The notes beneath the pieces are model-generated. The model saw only the letters and a program-made list of their open reading frames with translations. It was not told the DNA's origin and did not search any database. From IMG/VR virus record IMGVR_UViG_3300010373_001364, positions 112,116-176,115 of that record: a stretch of DNA of 64,000 bases. One strand, given 5' to 3'. Numbering within the stretch: the first letter of the stretch is position 1; each line of letters starts with the position of its first letter. This document shows positions 34,233-44,028 of this stretch, piece after piece. The position numbers were made by a program, and so were the translations under genes. The DNA is from a virus (taxonomy: Duplodnaviria > Heunggongvirae > Uroviricota > Caudoviricetes).

Positions 34233-34251
34233 TGGATTAGAATAGAGGTGT

Positions 34252-34851
34252 ATGAAAACACCTCATTTTCCATCATGGCAAGATGTAGGGCTGCCAAATA
34301 CCGTACCTGATTCTCTACGCAAAATCAGGTACGGTGGACTATTGAATTTCCTGCTGAGCTACAGGGTATTCCTGCAAGAGAGCGAGGTGAAGTACATTTA
34401 CCTTTGCGGGGTTTGCAGCTACCAGAAAACTAACGTCACGCCTTTTGAGAGTTACTCTGAGTGTAAAAGATGCGCTTCCAATGACGTACACGCCATCCCC
34501 TATTTGACTCTCAATCGGGGCAATAGCAAACCATTTAACAAAAATCTGGTGTCACTTGTATGTTCGCACATGGCTCGATACCATGAAGCTTACTGTGGCG
34601 CTCCCTGTCCTGATGTTATGAGTATGTTCTGGGACGAGGCTAAGGGAGGTTTCGCTGCCAAATTTCTCGGCGGTGACAAAGTGTACGCCACAGAATCGAA
34701 CCTCGTCATTATTAGGGCTGCTCTTTGCTGCCCCTTTCTATGGGATGGAAAGTTTGATTTTGCAGGCGGGAAACGGAGAGAGCAATCTGATTCCTTGAGC
34801 TTCAGTCACCTTATTTACCAGTGGTGCATCGATGGGAAACTTGTTGAGTGA
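34252..34851 (+). CDS. hypothetical Cys-rich protein (199 aa)
   Basis: Several CxxC pairs (CGVCSY, CKRC, CGAPCP). Confidence 0.5.
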   Translation: MKTPHFPSWQDVGLPNTVPDSLRKIRYGGLLNFLLSYRVFLQESEVKYIYLCGVCSYQKTNVTPFESYSECKRCASNDVHAIPYLTLNRGNSKPFNKNLVSLVCSHMARYHEAYCGAPCPDVMSMFWDEAKGGFAAKFLGGDKVYATESNLVIIRAALCCPFLWDGKFDFAGGKRREQSDSLSFSHLIYQWCIDGKLVE

Positions 34852-35368
34852 GTATCGGAAGCGTCATAAACTGGATTTTATCTGGAGTGGCTGCGCTAAT
34901 GGGACATGCTTCTTTTCCAAGGATGGTAGACCAAATCTCATTTGCCTCACCAGTGAACCAACGCGATCACTCGCTTCCTGTCCTCGGTGTCCGCCTAAAA
35001 GAGGGGAGATTACGGTTGAGTTCATTACCTTCTCAGACAACAAAGCCTCTTTGATTCACGACCACATTCACCCTGACACTGATTTGAACGCCTTCATAAG
35101 GAAGAATTTGGATGACAAGCTGGTTCCATTTCAAGCCAGGTCTTTCAAGGATCTAGAAGTGTGGCTCTGGTCGTTGTTCCTTCAACTGAAACCTATTCAG
35201 GGTACACGCTGGCAAAGGTTCAGAAAGTCTCAAAAGGGTAACAAGTCCTCCCAAGTCATTGAGCAGATGCTTTGGATCTGCACCAACACTCCGTCCATTT
35301 ACCGACTCTACTATCACAACTTTTTCACCACCTACCTGCTTGGTAGAAACTACCTCATGTACAGGTAA
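34832..35368 (+). CDS. hypothetical protein (178 aa)
   Basis: ATG 34832 overlaps the upstream gene by 20 nt. CPRCPP motif. Confidence 0.45.
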   Translation: MGNLLSEYRKRHKLDFIWSGCANGTCFFSKDGRPNLICLTSEPTRSLASCPRCPPKRGEITVEFITFSDNKASLIHDHIHPDTDLNAFIRKNLDDKLVPFQARSFKDLEVWLWSLFLQLKPIQGTRWQRFRKSQKGNKSSQVIEQMLWICTNTPSIYRLYYHNFFTTYLLGRNYLMYR

Positions 35369-35369
35369 A

Positions 35370-35399
35370 GTCATCGGTATCATAATAGATACCGATGAC
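35370..35399 (+). promoter_or_regulatory. perfect 12-bp inverted repeat / hairpin abutting the tail-fibre start codon
   Basis: GTCATCGGTATC-ATAATA-GATACCGATGAC occupies almost the whole 33-nt intergenic space. No U-tract follows. Confidence 0.4.
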
Positions 35400-35401
35400 T
35401 A

Positions 35402-38275
35402 ATGGCGACAGTTATCATCCTCACGTCTGGAACCAGTTGGACAGTACCGTCTGACTTTAATCCCAACAACAACACCATCGAGGCTATCGGCGCTGGTGGT
35501 GGTGGCGGACAAGGTGCGTTTGGCACCAATCAAGCGGGCGGTGGCGCAGGTGGCGGTGCTGAATACAGGAAATTTACAAACTTCGATCCTCAAGGTGCCA
35601 CATTTATACCATACCAAATTGGTAGCGCCGGTATTGGTGATACGACAGGGACTGGCGGCGGTAGTGGCGGGGCTACCATATTTAACACCACGACTTTGAA
35701 GTCTGCGGGCGGCTTAGGTGGCGGTGCTGGCTCTGGTGTTACACAGGGTAATGGCGGTCAGCCCGCTTTTGGAGGTTCGGGCGGTATCAGAATTGGCGGC
35801 GGTGCTGGTGGTTCTGGTAATCCAGGCGGCGGCGGCAATGGTGCTGGTGGCGGCGGTGGTGGAGGTGCGGGAGGACCAAACGGTGCCGGTGTTAATGGCA
35901 CTGGCTGGAGCGGCACAGGAACCACGCCAATCGGCAATGCCGGCGGTGCTGGCGATAATGGTAATGTCGCTGGTGGTTCAGGTGGATTGGCAGGTAATCA
36001 GAATGCTGGAGGCACGGGTGGTAATGGCACAAGTTGGACTGCTACTATTGGTGGTGCCACAGCGGGCGCTGGTGGCGGTGGTGGTGGAGGCTATGGTGGC
36101 GTAAATGATACGGCTGCTTTTGCCGGCGGAAGAGGCGGTAGCTATGGTGCCGGCGGCGGCGGTGGTGGCGGTGGTGGTACTTTTAGTTCTACACCGGGCA
36201 ATGGAGGCAACGGCGGTCAGGGCGTTATTGTAATTACCTACACGCCGTTAACTAGCTACAGCGTTACGAGTTCTGGTGGTGCAAATCTAAAGGGTAGCGC
36301 GGGCGTATCCGTAAAATATAAATACACAGGTGCCGGCAATGGTAGTCTGGGAGGAACCAGTCCATTTAAGGAGCTAGTTAATGCTCCCATGTCTGGGAAG
36401 GCGGGATTTGGCAGTAGTGCAGGAGCATCGGTGATATTCAATTATGTTGCTAGTGGTGGCTTGAATTCTGGCAGTAGCGCTCGCGGTGCTGACAGTTATT
36501 CAGAATATGCCGCTTCAGGCGACATGAAGTTGAGTGGCAGTGCTGGCGTTATCTCTCCTTCCTTCCGTTATGCCGCCAGTGGTGGTTTGAACTCTGGTGG
36601 TTCCAGTGATAGAACCATTGATCTAAAGTACGCAGCAAGTGGCGGCTTAGGTTCCAACATCTCTTCCAATGCTGCCATCGGAGGTTATGAGCCTATTGGT
36701 GGCTTAAATATCGGCAATAGTGCCAGAGCTACTGTCACCTATCGTTACACTGCCAGCGGTGGTCTGGGTTCGGGTGGATCTTCTAAAGATAATGCATACG
36801 ACTCCGCTGAAGGCTCAGGAGGTGTCATCCTTGATGGGCGCGCGGACGCTGCTCTTGTATTCAACTACGAAGCCTCTGGAGGCTTGGGCTGCGGTGGTAA
36901 AGCCCCTACTCAGATCAGTGGAAACATCATTACAACCTTTACTTGGAATGTGAGTGAAGGTGTTTTAAGGAACTGGCGCGTAGAGGGTAAATGTGTATCA
37001 GTTAATCACCCTTGCCCGCCGACAAGTAATCAAGACTCAGGTTGTGCCAGTGGCAACACCATGCAGTTCATGATGACGGTCGCGGCGCACAGTCTTACTG
37101 ACCTTTGCCAGAAGTTACAAGCACGCGGTTGGACCGGACCAATCAAGAAGATTCAGGTATGGTCGCAACCAACTAACAGATCAGACTGGTCGTCAACCAC
37201 CGATCCTTCTTGTAATACTCTCAGTACGGTTGATTTCAGTAAAGTACCAGCGTGTATCGGCGGGTCCACTGGTTCTGGCAGTTCTAGTGGATATGATTTT
37301 ACTGTAGATCAAAATTTGGCTGTGACCGGCAAAGTCACTGCCAGTTTGATCTTCGATGTCAACTATTCATACACAATGTCGGGTGGTTTGGGTGCTGGTG
37401 GTTCAGCCGTTAAGCCGCCAACCGTCTCCAGCCACTTCTCTTATACTGCATCGGGTGGTCTTGGTGCGGGCGGTGGTGCGCGGGCTGCTTCTCCTCAATT
37501 CTTCTACTATGTCGCCTCTGGTGGTCTGGGTAGTGGTGGAAGTAGCATTGTGTTTCCGAGTGACTATGGTCTTATTTCGGCTTCTGGTAAAACCTCCATG
37601 TTGGTGTCCGACGTGGGGATCACCTTTGGCTATCAAGCTGCCGCCACTTTAATTCCAAGCACGGGTCAAGTGGCGGCTTCCTGCTGTAGTGCCCTGAACC
37701 TGCCACAGGTCATCTTTGCTAGGCACGATCTGAATCGTTCCTATACACTAACGAACTTCTTGAATGTTAATGGTTTCACCTTGCCACAAGTGTTAAATCT
37801 AATGTATAGTAGACAGAGGAATGCTTGGTACTCTAATTCACAGTTCCGAGGCACTTCAGTTGACCAAACTGAACAACAGGTGTGGAACGTCATCTTCGAG
37901 TTCGGATGCTTGACGGAGAATGGATTGCTGGATGTGCCATCGGATGTGTGGGGTTTCTCCACTATGGTCCGTAGGAGAAGCTTAACTAATTCAAGAGTCG
38001 AGGTTACTAGATTGGTTTTGGAGTTTGATCCTACACAGATTTGTACCGCCCCCGGCTTGTTGAAGTTTGATTTCTCTTTTGATGTCAATTTGCTGATAAC
38101 TTCACCAGCCGTTGTGAGGGCTGTGGTGTTCTTAGACGAGTTGGGTGCTTTTGGCGGACCAAACTTCATAAGTAACCCAACTGCTTCCTTCGAGGTGAGT
38201 GCTTCGTTCCCCGATGTTGGTGTCGGGATGTTTGATCAATCCGCCCCTCTACAAAAAATACTGTTGGGTGTCTGA
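35402..38275 (+). CDS. Glycine-rich tail fibre / receptor-binding structural protein (957 aa)
   Basis: N-terminal 300 aa is poly-Gly/Ala/Asn low complexity (GAGGGGGQGAFGTNQAGGGAGGG...). It is followed by 8 or more copies of a (Y)xASGGLGxGGS repeat and a Cys-containing C-terminal globular region. Composition typical of phage fibres. Confidence 0.7.
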   Translation: MATVIILTSGTSWTVPSDFNPNNNTIEAIGAGGGGGQGAFGTNQAGGGAGGGAEYRKFTNFDPQGATFIPYQIGSAGIGDTTGTGGGSGGATIFNTTTLKSAGGLGGGAGSGVTQGNGGQPAFGGSGGIRIGGGAGGSGNPGGGGNGAGGGGGGGAGGPNGAGVNGTGWSGTGTTPIGNAGGAGDNGNVAGGSGGLAGNQNAGGTGGNGTSWTATIGGATAGAGGGGGGGYGGVNDTAAFAGGRGGSYGAGGGGGGGGGTFSSTPGNGGNGGQGVIVITYTPLTSYSVTSSGGANLKGSAGVSVKYKYTGAGNGSLGGTSPFKELVNAPMSGKAGFGSSAGASVIFNYVASGGLNSGSSARGADSYSEYAASGDMKLSGSAGVISPSFRYAASGGLNSGGSSDRTIDLKYAASGGLGSNISSNAAIGGYEPIGGLNIGNSARATVTYRYTASGGLGSGGSSKDNAYDSAEGSGGVILDGRADAALVFNYEASGGLGCGGKAPTQISGNIITTFTWNVSEGVLRNWRVEGKCVSVNHPCPPTSNQDSGCASGNTMQFMMTVAAHSLTDLCQKLQARGWTGPIKKIQVWSQPTNRSDWSSTTDPSCNTLSTVDFSKVPACIGGSTGSGSSSGYDFTVDQNLAVTGKVTASLIFDVNYSYTMSGGLGAGGSAVKPPTVSSHFSYTASGGLGAGGGARAASPQFFYYVASGGLGSGGSSIVFPSDYGLISASGKTSMLVSDVGITFGYQAAATLIPSTGQVAASCCSALNLPQVIFARHDLNRSYTLTNFLNVNGFTLPQVLNLMYSRQRNAWYSNSQFRGTSVDQTEQQVWNVIFEFGCLTENGLLDVPSDVWGFSTMVRRRSLTNSRVEVTRLVLEFDPTQICTAPGLLKFDFSFDVNLLITSPAVVRAVVFLDELGAFGGPNFISNPTASFEVSASFPDVGVGMFDQSAPLQKILLGV
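36430..37545 (+). repeat. intragenic tandem-like repeats encoding the ASGGLG(S/A)GGS motif
   Basis: Motif recurs at ~36440, 36570, 36630, 36750, 36870, 37375, 37445 and 37510. Confidence 0.5.
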
Positions 38276-38276
38276 T

Positions 38277-38594
38277 ATGAGTAGAAAGAAAGTATATGGT
38301 ATGTTGGGTCTGGCGACGTTCGCCATGATGCAGATTTCCGCTTGCTTTGTCGCTGGCGTGAAGACCGAAGGCATTCTTAGCGTCTTCTTCTTTGCGCTGG
38401 GCGGCATCAGTTGTCTTTTCGGATTAGCTTTGGATTTCCTTCTTCTAATCATTGCGGTAGATGTCTTTGGAGGCGTCTTTGGGGTGATGGCTGAAAGTTT
38501 GGCTAAGAAGCAGGCTGGTCAAGACGACGAGGATGAGGACGAAGAGGCTGACGAGATAGAGGTAGTTGAAACCGCAGAGGATACACCAGAGTAG
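38277..38594 (+). CDS. small membrane protein with two TM helices and a poly-acidic C-terminal tail
   Basis: ATG 1 nt after the tail-fibre stop. TMs LGLATFAMMQISACFVAGV and ILSVFFFALGGISCLFGLALDFLLLIIAV. Tail QDDEDEDEEADEIEVVE. Confidence 0.5.
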   Translation: MSRKKVYGMLGLATFAMMQISACFVAGVKTEGILSVFFFALGGISCLFGLALDFLLLIIAVDVFGGVFGVMAESLAKKQAGQDDEDEDEEADEIEVVETAEDTPE

Positions 38595-38626
38595 ACTTTG
38601 GAATGACGTTGGTGTAGCATCTCTTT

Positions 38627-39592
38627 ATGAGGGTTCAATACCGCAGCTTTTCTACCACCAGATCATTCGGGGTAGAGGGAGAATACACCGATTTCGGGAT
38701 TGACCAAGAAGAGATCGCCTGGATCTTGGAGGTCAATGATCCCAATCACGTCGTCTCTGTAACTCCTTACAACTTGAGCGACGGTTCCTGCTGGCACGTC
38801 AAGAGCGACTCCAGTTGCGGCTGGGAAGTAGCCAGCTATAAGGGCAGCGGCGTTGCCGACCTCAACAACATCGCCGGATGCCTGGAGACAGTTGCCTCTC
38901 AGGGTGGTTTAATCAATTCTGACTGTGGCTTACACGTTCACGTTGATGTCTCCGATTTCACAGAGGGAGACATCGCCAGAATAGCTGCTCACTGGATGCG
39001 CATCGAGCCTGTCGTCTTTACTGCCGTTCCGAAACACAGAGTCAGTAACGTCTACTGCAAGATGCTTCGTCGTAGGTACATCTGCAAGATCGGCAAAAGT
39101 CCCGCCGTGTGGAAGGATACAGATTTCTACCAAAAAGTGAAACCCCATGACTACAACTGCAAAAGAGATCGCAGGGTTTCACTAAATATCTGCAACTTTG
39201 TAAAAAGTGTAGTGGAACCTGAGTTCAATCGTAAAACAGTTGAACTCAGGTTGCCAGAAATGTCACCCAAGGCTGAAGATGTCAAAAATTGGGTGAAGTT
39301 CTTTGTCACCTTTGTAGAAAACGCGGTGAAGATACCAATACCGGGTGACATGAGTTCGGTCGGTCTGCCCAAAGCTCTGTGTATTATGGGGTTACGGGCT
39401 GTGGAAGGGGAGGGATTGATACTCAGCGAAGGTCTTTTCAGGACGAAAGAATGGTTCCTTTATCGCATTTTGAAGCACGCCAAGAACAAGAAACTATGTG
39501 GCGATGCCATAACTATGTTGAATAATATGTGGTGCCCTCTGCGTAAATACTGCCTTGACAAGAGATCAGGGGTGTTTACTGAAACGATTTAG
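38627..39592 (+). CDS. Glutamine-synthetase-like amidoligase (Amidoligase_2-type)
   Basis: GS/GCS2-fold signatures: FGVEGEY (GxExE metal-binding strand), CGLHVHVDVS (GxHxHxS as in the GS motif GSGMHCHMS), TVELRLPE (E.R). ~320 aa as in the phage amidoligase family. Confidence 0.55.
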   Translation: MRVQYRSFSTTRSFGVEGEYTDFGIDQEEIAWILEVNDPNHVVSVTPYNLSDGSCWHVKSDSSCGWEVASYKGSGVADLNNIAGCLETVASQGGLINSDCGLHVHVDVSDFTEGDIARIAAHWMRIEPVVFTAVPKHRVSNVYCKMLRRRYICKIGKSPAVWKDTDFYQKVKPHDYNCKRDRRVSLNICNFVKSVVEPEFNRKTVELRLPEMSPKAEDVKNWVKFFVTFVENAVKIPIPGDMSSVGLPKALCIMGLRAVEGEGLILSEGLFRTKEWFLYRILKHAKNKKLCGDAITMLNNMWCPLRKYCLDKRSGVFTETI

Positions 39593-39605
39593 GGATGGAG
39601 TAGTC

Positions 39606-40583
39606 ATGCGAGCTTACCGTGTCTTTATAGCTGTTATCCAGTGTGCCTTTTTTTTCCAGGCGTGCCTTTTTACCGCTAAGCTGCCCGCCGATGGAGTCAA
39701 TCGTCCTGTCGTCTGTAGGACTGCTGATGTTGGAGAAAAACTTCAAACCGCGAAGTCTCGGATAGGCGAAATTCGTGGCTTGGTTCTTAACCTACAACAA
39801 AACCAACCTCAGCCGCAACAACCCGCCCAACCTCAGCTTCAGTGGAATAGATACACTACCGACAACTTTGAAGTTTTGAGTCTCGATGATGCACAGGGTA
39901 AGTACCTTTGCAGCAATATCGAATACATCAAGACGTGGACTCTTTGGCGCTGGGGCATAAAGGATTTCGACTTCCCTTCTGTTAAGAACTCGAAGGGTGA
40001 CACCGTGAAGGTGAAGTGCAAATTGATCTGCGTTCCTAGTGCCGATCTCTACGAGAAACTCTTTAACAGGAAGACTCCTAGTTGGCGGGTCGAGGTTAAA
40101 GATGGAGTTCCAGAGTACACTGTCTGGTTCATCACAGAGGGCACCAAATGGAACACCAATCTGCCCGTCCTTCTGACCGAAGTTGTCATTGCCAACTTTG
40201 AAGCTAGTACCGGCAGCAAATTCCCCGTATGGTGCCATAGAGGAATGAGTGTCCTCAATGGCAGAATAGAAGACATCAGAGCTAGGCTTTCTTTGGTGGG
40301 CGGCTTTGATTCCAAGTCACTTTTCGCCATGACACCCGAAGCTTACACCAAGCTAGATGATACCAAAAAGGCTACTTTCGATGCTCAAGCGGCTTTCTTT
40401 TGTTTGTGGGCTAGACAAGAGTTCAATGGCAAGGTGTTCCTTGACTTCCTTGGGGGTGCTATGATCAACCCTGAATACTCCCTGCGGCTTTTCAATATCG
40501 CAACCTGTGCAGACTGTGACTCTAGGGTGAAACTCTATGCGTCCAAGCTGGCTACGGGTTCTGATTATTACTTTTCTTGGTGA
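39606..40583 (+). CDS. hypothetical protein with N-terminal hydrophobic anchor and Gln/Pro-rich linker
   Basis: VFIAVIQCAFFFQACLF, then QQNQPQPQQPAQPQLQ, then a ~250-aa domain. No motif recognised. Confidence 0.5.
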   Translation: MRAYRVFIAVIQCAFFFQACLFTAKLPADGVNRPVVCRTADVGEKLQTAKSRIGEIRGLVLNLQQNQPQPQQPAQPQLQWNRYTTDNFEVLSLDDAQGKYLCSNIEYIKTWTLWRWGIKDFDFPSVKNSKGDTVKVKCKLICVPSADLYEKLFNRKTPSWRVEVKDGVPEYTVWFITEGTKWNTNLPVLLTEVVIANFEASTGSKFPVWCHRGMSVLNGRIEDIRARLSLVGGFDSKSLFAMTPEAYTKLDDTKKATFDAQAAFFCLWARQEFNGKVFLDFLGGAMINPEYSLRLFNIATCADCDSRVKLYASKLATGSDYYFSW

Positions 40584-40620
40584 TCTTCCACATTTGTTGA
40601 AAGATTGCTAGGATAAGTGC

Positions 40621-40833
40621 ATGGTAGATGAAATTGCCGCGCAAAAACTGAGAACGAGATACGCACACGTTCATCCCTGGATCTTCAATAGGTCTTGTAT
40701 CTATGCGAAGAGTTTAGGGGATCTTTTCGACATTCTGGAAAGTTTGCCACAGGTTTATCCGATCATCTGGGACGAACAGAAGAGGCAGTGGACAACCGTG
40801 GAGAACCTCTGTTTGCTGAATCTAAAGGAATAG
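40621..40833 (+). CDS. hypothetical protein (70 aa)
   Basis: ATG 40621. Confidence 0.4.
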   Translation: MVDEIAAQKLRTRYAHVHPWIFNRSCIYAKSLGDLFDILESLPQVYPIIWDEQKRQWTTVENLCLLNLKE

Positions 40834-40835
40834 TC

Positions 40836-41453
40836 GTGAACCCACTGCAAGAATACTATTTGCGCAACAATGTTCGCGCACCATATGTGTTTTTCGGCAG
40901 TAGCCAAGTGATCCTCCACAATCCTCAAAGGATAAGGTCTAGCGATAGGTACAGACTTTTTGACATCAGAGCCGTCAATAAGGAGGGTAACGATGGTGTC
41001 AACATAGGCAAGTTTGATATGAGCTTTGCCACACCGGACAAGACAGGCGGGTCTTACTTTACGAAAGACGATGAATGGTTTGTTTATTGGCATGAGTATG
41101 AACAGCACATCCTTGACAAGATAAAGGAGTGGCGTAATTCTGATTGGTATCCCCTTGGAGACTCCGATGAGTTAAAGATGGCTTGTTGGGAGTTACTCTC
41201 CTATACGCGGGATTCGCGATTTGCTGAACTACCTCTTTCTCTGCTGGACTTGAATTACAAGATATTAGACTGTAACCTCTCATTTGGAACGAGAGTGGGA
41301 TTGCTTAACAGCATTGTCGAGTGGCTTACATCTTGTGCCGACGTGTCGTGTAATTCTGTTTACAAAAGTATTGTGTCAACTTGGTGTGAATTGGTCAACA
41401 TGATCAATTCTCCAAGATACGCACACTGGCTGGTGAGGTTGTCAAAGGGGTGA
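40836..41453 (+). CDS. hypothetical protein (205 aa, GTG start)
   Basis: AAGGAA then GTG 40836, 2 nt after the upstream stop. An alternative longer ORF starts at 40695. Confidence 0.45.
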   Translation: MNPLQEYYLRNNVRAPYVFFGSSQVILHNPQRIRSSDRYRLFDIRAVNKEGNDGVNIGKFDMSFATPDKTGGSYFTKDDEWFVYWHEYEQHILDKIKEWRNSDWYPLGDSDELKMACWELLSYTRDSRFAELPLSLLDLNYKILDCNLSFGTRVGLLNSIVEWLTSCADVSCNSVYKSIVSTWCELVNMINSPRYAHWLVRLSKG

Positions 41454-41456
41454 ACC

Positions 41457-42455
41457 TTGGTGGATTTAGTGCTTGTTGACTGCTCTGACCTTGCCGAGGG
41501 CGCTGATGTTACGCTGTTAGAGGATATCAAAGAAAAACCCTCGATTGGTCTTACTTGTGACGTTCTAGAGGAGCGTGCCTTCTTCATGGAGGAAGAATTC
41601 GCCACTTTTAACTGTCTAGAATCCTTTTACCAAAACTGCTGTGAGTTTAGGCTAATCTCCCAGATCCCCTGGATGGATCACTACGCTTGGGCAATCTTCA
41701 ATACCCACAACTTAAAGATGGAGCGAGGAGATGTTGCCAGGAAGACACATGGCAAGTATGCCTTCATCTCTCAGAATTTTGCTTTCGAGCTTTCTGAAGG
41801 CGAGAATTTTGGTTACTTCCAGTTAATCTGCATACCAGAACAGGTCTTTCACGATAGTGCTGTTTATCACAAGTTTGACTTATTGACCTTTATGGTTTAT
41901 CGCAATTGCAAGACGGCAAGGTTTATGGCGATTCCCCACCTTGTCACGCTCCACCCGAAGGCAGAACATACCTATGTCCCGATGGTCCCTGGTCAGAGTT
42001 TGCAACTCATCGTCTCCGATTCTGAAGATATTGAGGTTGCCGAGGACCACTTTGAGCTTGTGAGCGGTTCTCAAAAACTATTTACTTTGGGTAGGGACGG
42101 TAAACCTGACCGACTAAAAGCTGCTACCTACGCTTGCCGCGATCAGGAGTGTTCACTCTTCATTGAGAACAAGTCCATTATTGTGCCTAAGATGTGTGTA
42201 CAAGACGACGGCGTGTATGTTAGTATATTGAAGCCGGTCAGCGATGCGGTCATCTACACGGAAGGCGTGGACCGTATCCAGATCACCTGTCCCGGCGCAG
42301 AGAAGTGGGCATGGGATGAGGAGGCGGTTGATATAACCGGAGCTTCTGACGAGATTGAGATTCGTCTCTTAAAGAAGATAAACAGTCTCTGTCTACAATA
42401 CGATAACGACATCTGGTGGGTGTTCGCAAGCAAGAATATGGTAGGAAAGATATGA
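41457..42455 (+). CDS. hypothetical protein (332 aa)
   Basis: TTG/GTG start directly after the upstream stop. Acidic. Confidence 0.5.
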   Translation: MVDLVLVDCSDLAEGADVTLLEDIKEKPSIGLTCDVLEERAFFMEEEFATFNCLESFYQNCCEFRLISQIPWMDHYAWAIFNTHNLKMERGDVARKTHGKYAFISQNFAFELSEGENFGYFQLICIPEQVFHDSAVYHKFDLLTFMVYRNCKTARFMAIPHLVTLHPKAEHTYVPMVPGQSLQLIVSDSEDIEVAEDHFELVSGSQKLFTLGRDGKPDRLKAATYACRDQECSLFIENKSIIVPKMCVQDDGVYVSILKPVSDAVIYTEGVDRIQITCPGAEKWAWDEEAVDITGASDEIEIRLLKKINSLCLQYDNDIWWVFASKNMVGKI

Positions 42456-43966
42456 AGAGATATGGGGCGGTGAAGGTAAAAAACCCTTCCACCAATGGAC
42501 ATACAGTCCGACTACTCCCACTCCAATCGTTTGAGATAGTCTGTACAAGGTGTGACCCTGCCGACCGCTTCAATGCCCTGGTCGTCGGTGATTCCTTGCT
42601 TATGACGGAAACTCTTGAACAAGACCACAACATCACCTTCAGGTTCCAGCAGAAATACGATACTACAGAGTGGGTAAAGATTTCAGACCTCTTCATGGGC
42701 AACGTCTTGCTCACCAAGAGCATTGGTGGTGTTAAGGAGAAGCTGCGGCTCTGTGTCTACTGTACTGATGCCAAATCCCCCAAGGATAACGTACTGACTG
42801 TCATCAACCCTGATGATGTTCTGGTGAAGATGGAACCTTATCAGATACTCCATATCGTCAGCTACGATGAGCAGATGAGGTGGAGTCTTGACAACTGCGA
42901 AGGATTGAAGTGTGTTCGTTGCGAGACGGTAATTAACGACTTTCAGAAGATTTATGATCAAGACGCTCTGTTTTGCCCAGAACCAAGGAGTCATGGTTTT
43001 TCCATGAATAAGAACTTGGGTGAACACCCCGACCAGTTCTTTACGAATGAGGTCATGGGTGCCAGAGGTTTGACAACCGAATACCATTTCTGGTCCTGCC
43101 TTACAGCCGCTCAAATCAATCGGATGTACTCCGCCTCCAATGGCACTTATTCGCTGGGTACGATTGAGTTAAAGGGTGAATCTGAGAAGTGCGGGGCGAT
43201 TCGCAAGATGGAGTTGATGCTCGGTGTTCGGGGCAAGAAAAAGATCAACTTGGAACACTTTAAGGCGATTTACTCCCTGGCTAAGTGCTGGAATGAGAGG
43301 TCTTTGAGTTATTTGCGGCATAGTCTTTTTAACCCAAGGGTGAATGAGAACCTTGATGTGTCAGACGCCGATGGTTGGTTCTACGTTGAAATACCAAATC
43401 CGTCCGTATATTTCAACGACTTCAGCGATGATGGTTCGTGGAAGTTTCAAGAGGCGGACGATACCGTTATATGTCATGAACTCAGGGAGAGGTACATTAA
43501 CGGCAATAAGGTGCAGAGGTTTTTGATTACTGGCATCACCAATCAGCGAGAAGCCGAACTAATGAGTCTTGGCTCTGTTCTCTTTAGTTGTTCGGAAGGT
43601 GATGCTGACAAGCAGATGCGGTTAAGCTTCTGGAAGATACCAAATGACCAAACTCGACCTCTCTCACAGGAAATGCTTCCGCGTCGAAGCGGCAGGTCTA
43701 GGCTTATCGAGAAGGTGGAGATCGAATTGGAGATAGTAAGTGATGGTGTCTTGGCGAGCGAGGATACCATTACTCCCCTTTGTTGCATAGACGAGAATGA
43801 TATTGACTACACCGAGTTCGGAGAAGAATATGTCTCACACCTCATCTCAAAAAAAAAGATACCTCTCCTACTAGGGGTGTCAAGCAGTACGACAAGTGCA
43901 AACAACAACGCCGCTCTTGTGCAAGTAGGGACCGAGATGTTCAGCGTCAGGAATATCGCCTCATGA
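42452..43966 (+). CDS. hypothetical protein (504 aa)
   Basis: ATGA-coupled. Last gene before a strong terminator. Confidence 0.55.
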   Translation: MKRYGAVKVKNPSTNGHTVRLLPLQSFEIVCTRCDPADRFNALVVGDSLLMTETLEQDHNITFRFQQKYDTTEWVKISDLFMGNVLLTKSIGGVKEKLRLCVYCTDAKSPKDNVLTVINPDDVLVKMEPYQILHIVSYDEQMRWSLDNCEGLKCVRCETVINDFQKIYDQDALFCPEPRSHGFSMNKNLGEHPDQFFTNEVMGARGLTTEYHFWSCLTAAQINRMYSASNGTYSLGTIELKGESEKCGAIRKMELMLGVRGKKKINLEHFKAIYSLAKCWNERSLSYLRHSLFNPRVNENLDVSDADGWFYVEIPNPSVYFNDFSDDGSWKFQEADDTVICHELRERYINGNKVQRFLITGITNQREAELMSLGSVLFSCSEGDADKQMRLSFWKIPNDQTRPLSQEMLPRRSGRSRLIEKVEIELEIVSDGVLASEDTITPLCCIDENDIDYTEFGEEYVSHLISKKKIPLLLGVSSSTTSANNNAALVQVGTEMFSVRNIAS

Positions 43967-44028
43967 AGGAGGCAAAGCGACGGGCGAAGCTAGAACGCAA
44001 ACACCGTCGCAAGGCGAAGCACTAGCGA

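Noticed and set aside
35718-36104. Ala/Val-rich + strand ORF (128 aa) and several minus-strand ORFs inside the tail-fibre gene
   Set aside because: Alternative-frame readings of the GGT/GGC-rich glycine codon repeats. The long fibre ORF explains the region.
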